Assembly: GCA_038279365.1 (NCBI GenBank)
Contig: JAYODI010000042.1
Coordinates: forward strand, 34,903-46,704
From: Candidatus Latescibacterota bacterium
GTDB lineage: Bacteria > Latescibacterota > UBA2968
DNA: 11,802 nt
Direction: 5' to 3'
A model generated the notes under the pieces. That model worked only from the letters and a program-made list of their open reading frames with translations. It did no database searches and was not told the origin of the DNA. The position numbers and the translations under genes were made by a program. Positions 8,740 to 11,802 of the stretch are shown one piece after another. The stretch's first letter is position 1, and each line of letters begins with the position of its first letter.

Positions 8740-10914
8740 ATGATTCGATGGTTTTCTTTTGGGGCATGTATTGGATTGATCTGCGTGGTCATTTTCAGTA
8801 CAGAAGGGTTTTCAGATACACTCGATTTTGGTCGTGTGAGAATAGGCTCTCAGCAATTGGATACACTCCTTTTTAAAAATGAGAATTTGGTAAACATGAT
8901 GATTTCCAAAACCACTGTATCGGACACCGTCTTCTCTTTGCCATCACAGCCTTTTTCGGGTGCTCTGAGTCAATTGGCCCCAGGTGAAGAGAGGTGGGTG
9001 CCAGTGATTTTTTTTCCGCAGGGTGTCAACCAGGATTCGGGGCAAGTGGTTTTAGAAACAAATATTGGGACGTTTTATTTGCCATTGATGGGGGAAGGGG
9101 TTGAAGAAGTGGTGGTTATCAACGAAATACTTGCTGATCCAGCTTCTAATTTATCAGGTGATGCCAATGGTGATGGCATTCGAAACAGCAATGAAGATGA
9201 ATTTGTTGAGTTGTTAAATACAGGAAAGTATCCAATAAACATTGGGGGATGGCAAATTTTTGATGCGGGCGCTTCTCAAAGCAATCGATTGACATTTCCT
9301 CCTGAAACTTGGATAGGCCCATCAGAACGTGCGGTGGTGTTTGGTGGTGGAGAACCAAAGGGTATTTTGGGAAAAGTTTTTGTTGATGATGGCCGAATAG
9401 GTGGTGGGTTTCGCAATTCTGGTGATGAGATCATTCTTTTTGATCCCACCCTTGATGACACCCTTGCATTTGTGACTTATGGTGCTGAGGGGAATAAAAA
9501 TACCTCATTGGTGAGGTGGCCTGAAGGTATTGGAGATTGGTACTTGCACACTGAGTTTCCAGGTCAGAACGATTTGTTTTCACCCGGAACGGCAAGAACC
9601 GTTGTGACCAAGATTAAAGTGATGAGCCAAGACACATCCATTGCATTTGGAGATTCATTGCATTTGCCTGTTATGAAGTTTTTGTCAAACGGGTCTTCTG
9701 AGCCTATCAAAAACGAAGATTTGAATTGGCATACATCCATTGAAAATGTAATGATCCAAGAAAATAGCGGTGTTTGGGTGAGCAAGCAACAAGGGGTTAT
9801 CCAAATATATTCCGACTTTCAAGGCTTTCTATCAGACACCCTTTTAATCAGGGTTCTGCCACCAAAGATGGTGAGATTGGATGTTTCTATAGAGGACTCA
9901 CTGCTCTTGATAGGAAAAACATATGGGCTTCGGGTAGAAGGTGTTATTTCTGAATCTGAGAAAACGGTTTTGCAAGATGGATATCAGATTGCATTAAGCG
10001 ATTCTGGCATCGCACGTGTTGTGAATGGGGAGATTCAAGCGCTTTCTTTTGGTTCTTGTGAGGTAACTGTGTGGCAGGGGGATTTGCTTGGGCGTGTAAA
10101 TGTTCAGGTTGTTGCTTATGGGGATCTCAATGCAGATGGTGAACACACCATCTGGGATGCAGTTCGGGTTGTGCATTTAATTTTAGGGATTGAACCCCAA
10201 GCCACAGATTTTGAGAAGCAATCTGCAGATTTTAATCAAGATGGTGTTTTGGATATACGAGATCTTATTGGGGTGATTCAACGGATGTTTCAGGGGGAGA
10301 TTGTTTCCAATAAATTGGCAGAAAATAGATCAAATATCGGGGTGAGGAAACGGATTGGGGGTGTTTCTTTGGATATACCTTCGCAAACGATCGCTATTAC
10401 CTTTAAAACAATGTCCAACCAAAACAAAAGCATTAAAGCATCAAGTGGGCACATCTTTTGGGTGCAGGATGATATGGGGGGGAAGGGGATCATTTTGCCT
10501 GGTGAAGAAATGGGGGTGGTTTGGCAATCTCAAACAGTTGAAGTATTTGGGGCATCGGCATTGGAGGCATTTGAATGGATGGCATGGAAATTAGATGGCA
10601 GTAGTTATTTGTTATTATCTCAAGATGAGAGCGGCGGTGGTGTAAAGATTTTGGGGTCACATCCAAATCCATTAAATCCCTCTACTACAATAGATTACCG
10701 CATATCAGTGCCACAGGCAATCACTATTAATGTTTATAATATTACGGGACAATGGATATGTGAACTATATGATGGTTATATGCCAAATGGTTTGCACAAA
10801 ACCACTTGGAATGGTTACGATGCTGAGGGGAGAGTTGTGGCCAGTGGATTATATTTTGTGCAATTAAAAGGAGCTTTAAATGTTTCTACGCTGAAGATGG
10901 TCGTGCTGCGATGA
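8740..10914 (+). CDS. Secreted multidomain protein: ASH/choice-of-anchor-D-like Ig, lamin-tail domain, Ig-like repeats, dockerin, FlgD-Ig/T9SS type A-like C-terminal domain
   Basis: Signal peptide. LDFGRVRIG…LAPGE…F.P…GEG Ig domain (~8818-9100). VVINEILADP…DEFVELLN…GGWQI.D…SPG lamin-tail domain (~9109-9590). Duplicated Ca-loops GDLNADGEHTIWD and ADFNQDGVLDIRD (~10120-10290). HPNPLNPSTTI…VYNITGQ…WNG.D..G..VASGLYF…KMVVLR (10660-10911). Confidence 0.88.
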   Translation: MIRWFSFGACIGLICVVIFSTEGFSDTLDFGRVRIGSQQLDTLLFKNENLVNMMISKTTVSDTVFSLPSQPFSGALSQLAPGEERWVPVIFFPQGVNQDSGQVVLETNIGTFYLPLMGEGVEEVVVINEILADPASNLSGDANGDGIRNSNEDEFVELLNTGKYPINIGGWQIFDAGASQSNRLTFPPETWIGPSERAVVFGGGEPKGILGKVFVDDGRIGGGFRNSGDEIILFDPTLDDTLAFVTYGAEGNKNTSLVRWPEGIGDWYLHTEFPGQNDLFSPGTARTVVTKIKVMSQDTSIAFGDSLHLPVMKFLSNGSSEPIKNEDLNWHTSIENVMIQENSGVWVSKQQGVIQIYSDFQGFLSDTLLIRVLPPKMVRLDVSIEDSLLLIGKTYGLRVEGVISESEKTVLQDGYQIALSDSGIARVVNGEIQALSFGSCEVTVWQGDLLGRVNVQVVAYGDLNADGEHTIWDAVRVVHLILGIEPQATDFEKQSADFNQDGVLDIRDLIGVIQRMFQGEIVSNKLAENRSNIGVRKRIGGVSLDIPSQTIAITFKTMSNQNKSIKASSGHIFWVQDDMGGKGIILPGEEMGVVWQSQTVEVFGASALEAFEWMAWKLDGSSYLLLSQDESGGGVKILGSHPNPLNPSTTIDYRISVPQAITINVYNITGQWICELYDGYMPNGLHKTTWNGYDAEGRVVASGLYFVQLKGALNVSTLKMVVLR

Positions 10915-11802
10915 GGAGAATAGTATTCTGTTTGATTCTGTGTTGCTTTTTTGAAAGGGTATCTTGGGCTGAATCCTCAAGTGTAAAAATAGATATTGGG
11001 CAAGCGTTGGGGATGCCATCCGATACCATAGAGGTTCCGGTCAAAATCCAATCATCTCAATCTTTATCCGGAGTTGCATTTGTGGTGTCTTACAATAGCT
11101 CAGACGTGGAATATTTGGGATCGGAGCAGGTCGTGTTTCCTTTTAATGTTTTTGAAAGCAATATCCAAGGATCTTTGAGTTATGTTTTTTTAAACCCAAA
11201 TACAACTGCTGTTTTGATGCCTGGAAATCATGTGTTGGTGGTAATGAAATTCAAAATTAACCAAATGGATCAAGAACGAAAAATTAAACTAAATGGCACA
11301 GACTTTTCATTTACAGATGGTCAATTTTCACCAAATGAACGTGTTGGAAAAATCAATTCTGGGGAAATTGTTGTAACGCAGCAAGTTGTGCGTCTTCATC
11401 AAGCAATGTGGATGTCTCAAAATGTTTTGCGTATGGATGTCGAATTAAAAAACCTAGAAGAAGTTTCCGCTATTCAAATGGTGCTTCGTTGGCCAGATTC
11501 TCGACTGGCCTTTCAAAACATTCAGCCCGTTCAAAGAGCCCGCAGTTGGCAGGTTTTTGTTCATCCCCAACAAAAGAGTTTGGGGTTAATATTGGCTGAT
11601 ATGAGTGGCAATAACGCCATTGCTCTTGGGCAAGGTAAAATTTTAGAATTGTTCTTGGCCCCAACAGACGGCACTGAACTGTCTGGGAAAATGGTGATTG
11701 ATAGTTTGATTGTTACGGACAGATCGGGAGAAAAGGTAGCAATCGCATACGAGCCGACCATTTTGAGTAATAATGGACGTGAAGATTTTGCCGCGAATGA
11801 AG
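10911..11802 (+). CDS. Secreted protein with two tandem cohesin-like domains (scaffoldin-like), 3'-truncated by window edge; missing from ORF track
   Basis: ATG overlaps the upstream stop (ATGA); 297 codons without a stop to the window end. Signal peptide MRRIVFCLILCCFFERVSWA. Domain 1 VKIDIGQALGMPSDTIEVPVKI…LSGVAFVVSYNSSDVEY…LVVMKFKI…GEIVV (~10980-11375). Domain 2 MDVELKNLEEVSAIQMVLRW…LILADMSG…GQGKILEL…LIVTDRSG (~11385-11760). Confidence 0.85.
   Translation, partial: MRRIVFCLILCCFFERVSWAESSSVKIDIGQALGMPSDTIEVPVKIQSSQSLSGVAFVVSYNSSDVEYLGSEQVVFPFNVFESNIQGSLSYVFLNPNTTAVLMPGNHVLVVMKFKINQMDQERKIKLNGTDFSFTDGQFSPNERVGKINSGEIVVTQQVVRLHQAMWMSQNVLRMDVELKNLEEVSAIQMVLRWPDSRLAFQNIQPVQRARSWQVFVHPQQKSLGLILADMSGNNAIALGQGKILELFLAPTDGTELSGKMVIDSLIVTDRSGEKVAIAYEPTILSNNGREDFAANE

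Noticed and set aside
10476-10482. G7 tract in the 724-aa gene (and T/G/A runs near 1695-1715) as phase-variation sites
   Set aside because: Tracts are short, frames are intact and there is no evidence of length variation.

Overview
Bacterial chromosomal window with no mobile element, CRISPR array or RNA gene recognisable. Left: a tightly packed housekeeping cluster, pyrG (5'-truncated by the window edge)-lptC-long lptA/OstA-like-lptB-rpoN, followed by a small membrane-anchored coiled-coil protein and a lipoprotein instead of the usual hpf/ptsN/hprK genes. Middle: a convergent minus-strand gene for a probable VOC-fold (HPPD/DUF1338-like) His-His-Glu metalloenzyme, and a divergently transcribed receiver-only response regulator with a C-terminal transmembrane anchor, closed by a strong intrinsic terminator. 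Right: a consensus sigma-54 promoter (TGGCAC-N5-TTGCA) precedes a secreted 724-aa protein (Ig-like + lamin-tail + Ig + dockerin + FlgD-Ig/T9SS-type C-terminal domain). It is translationally coupled to a secreted protein with two tandem cohesin-like domains that runs off the window and is absent from the ORF track. The most interesting signals are this sigma-54-controlled non-cellulosomal cohesin-dockerin pair, a strong enrichment of the Bacteroidota O-glycosylation sequon D-[ST]-[AILVMT] in exported versus cytoplasmic proteins, and an atypical CTP synthase. An FCB-superphylum origin (e.g. Latescibacterota-like) is inferred from protein architecture only. All family assignments come from motif recognition by eye, not from database searches.
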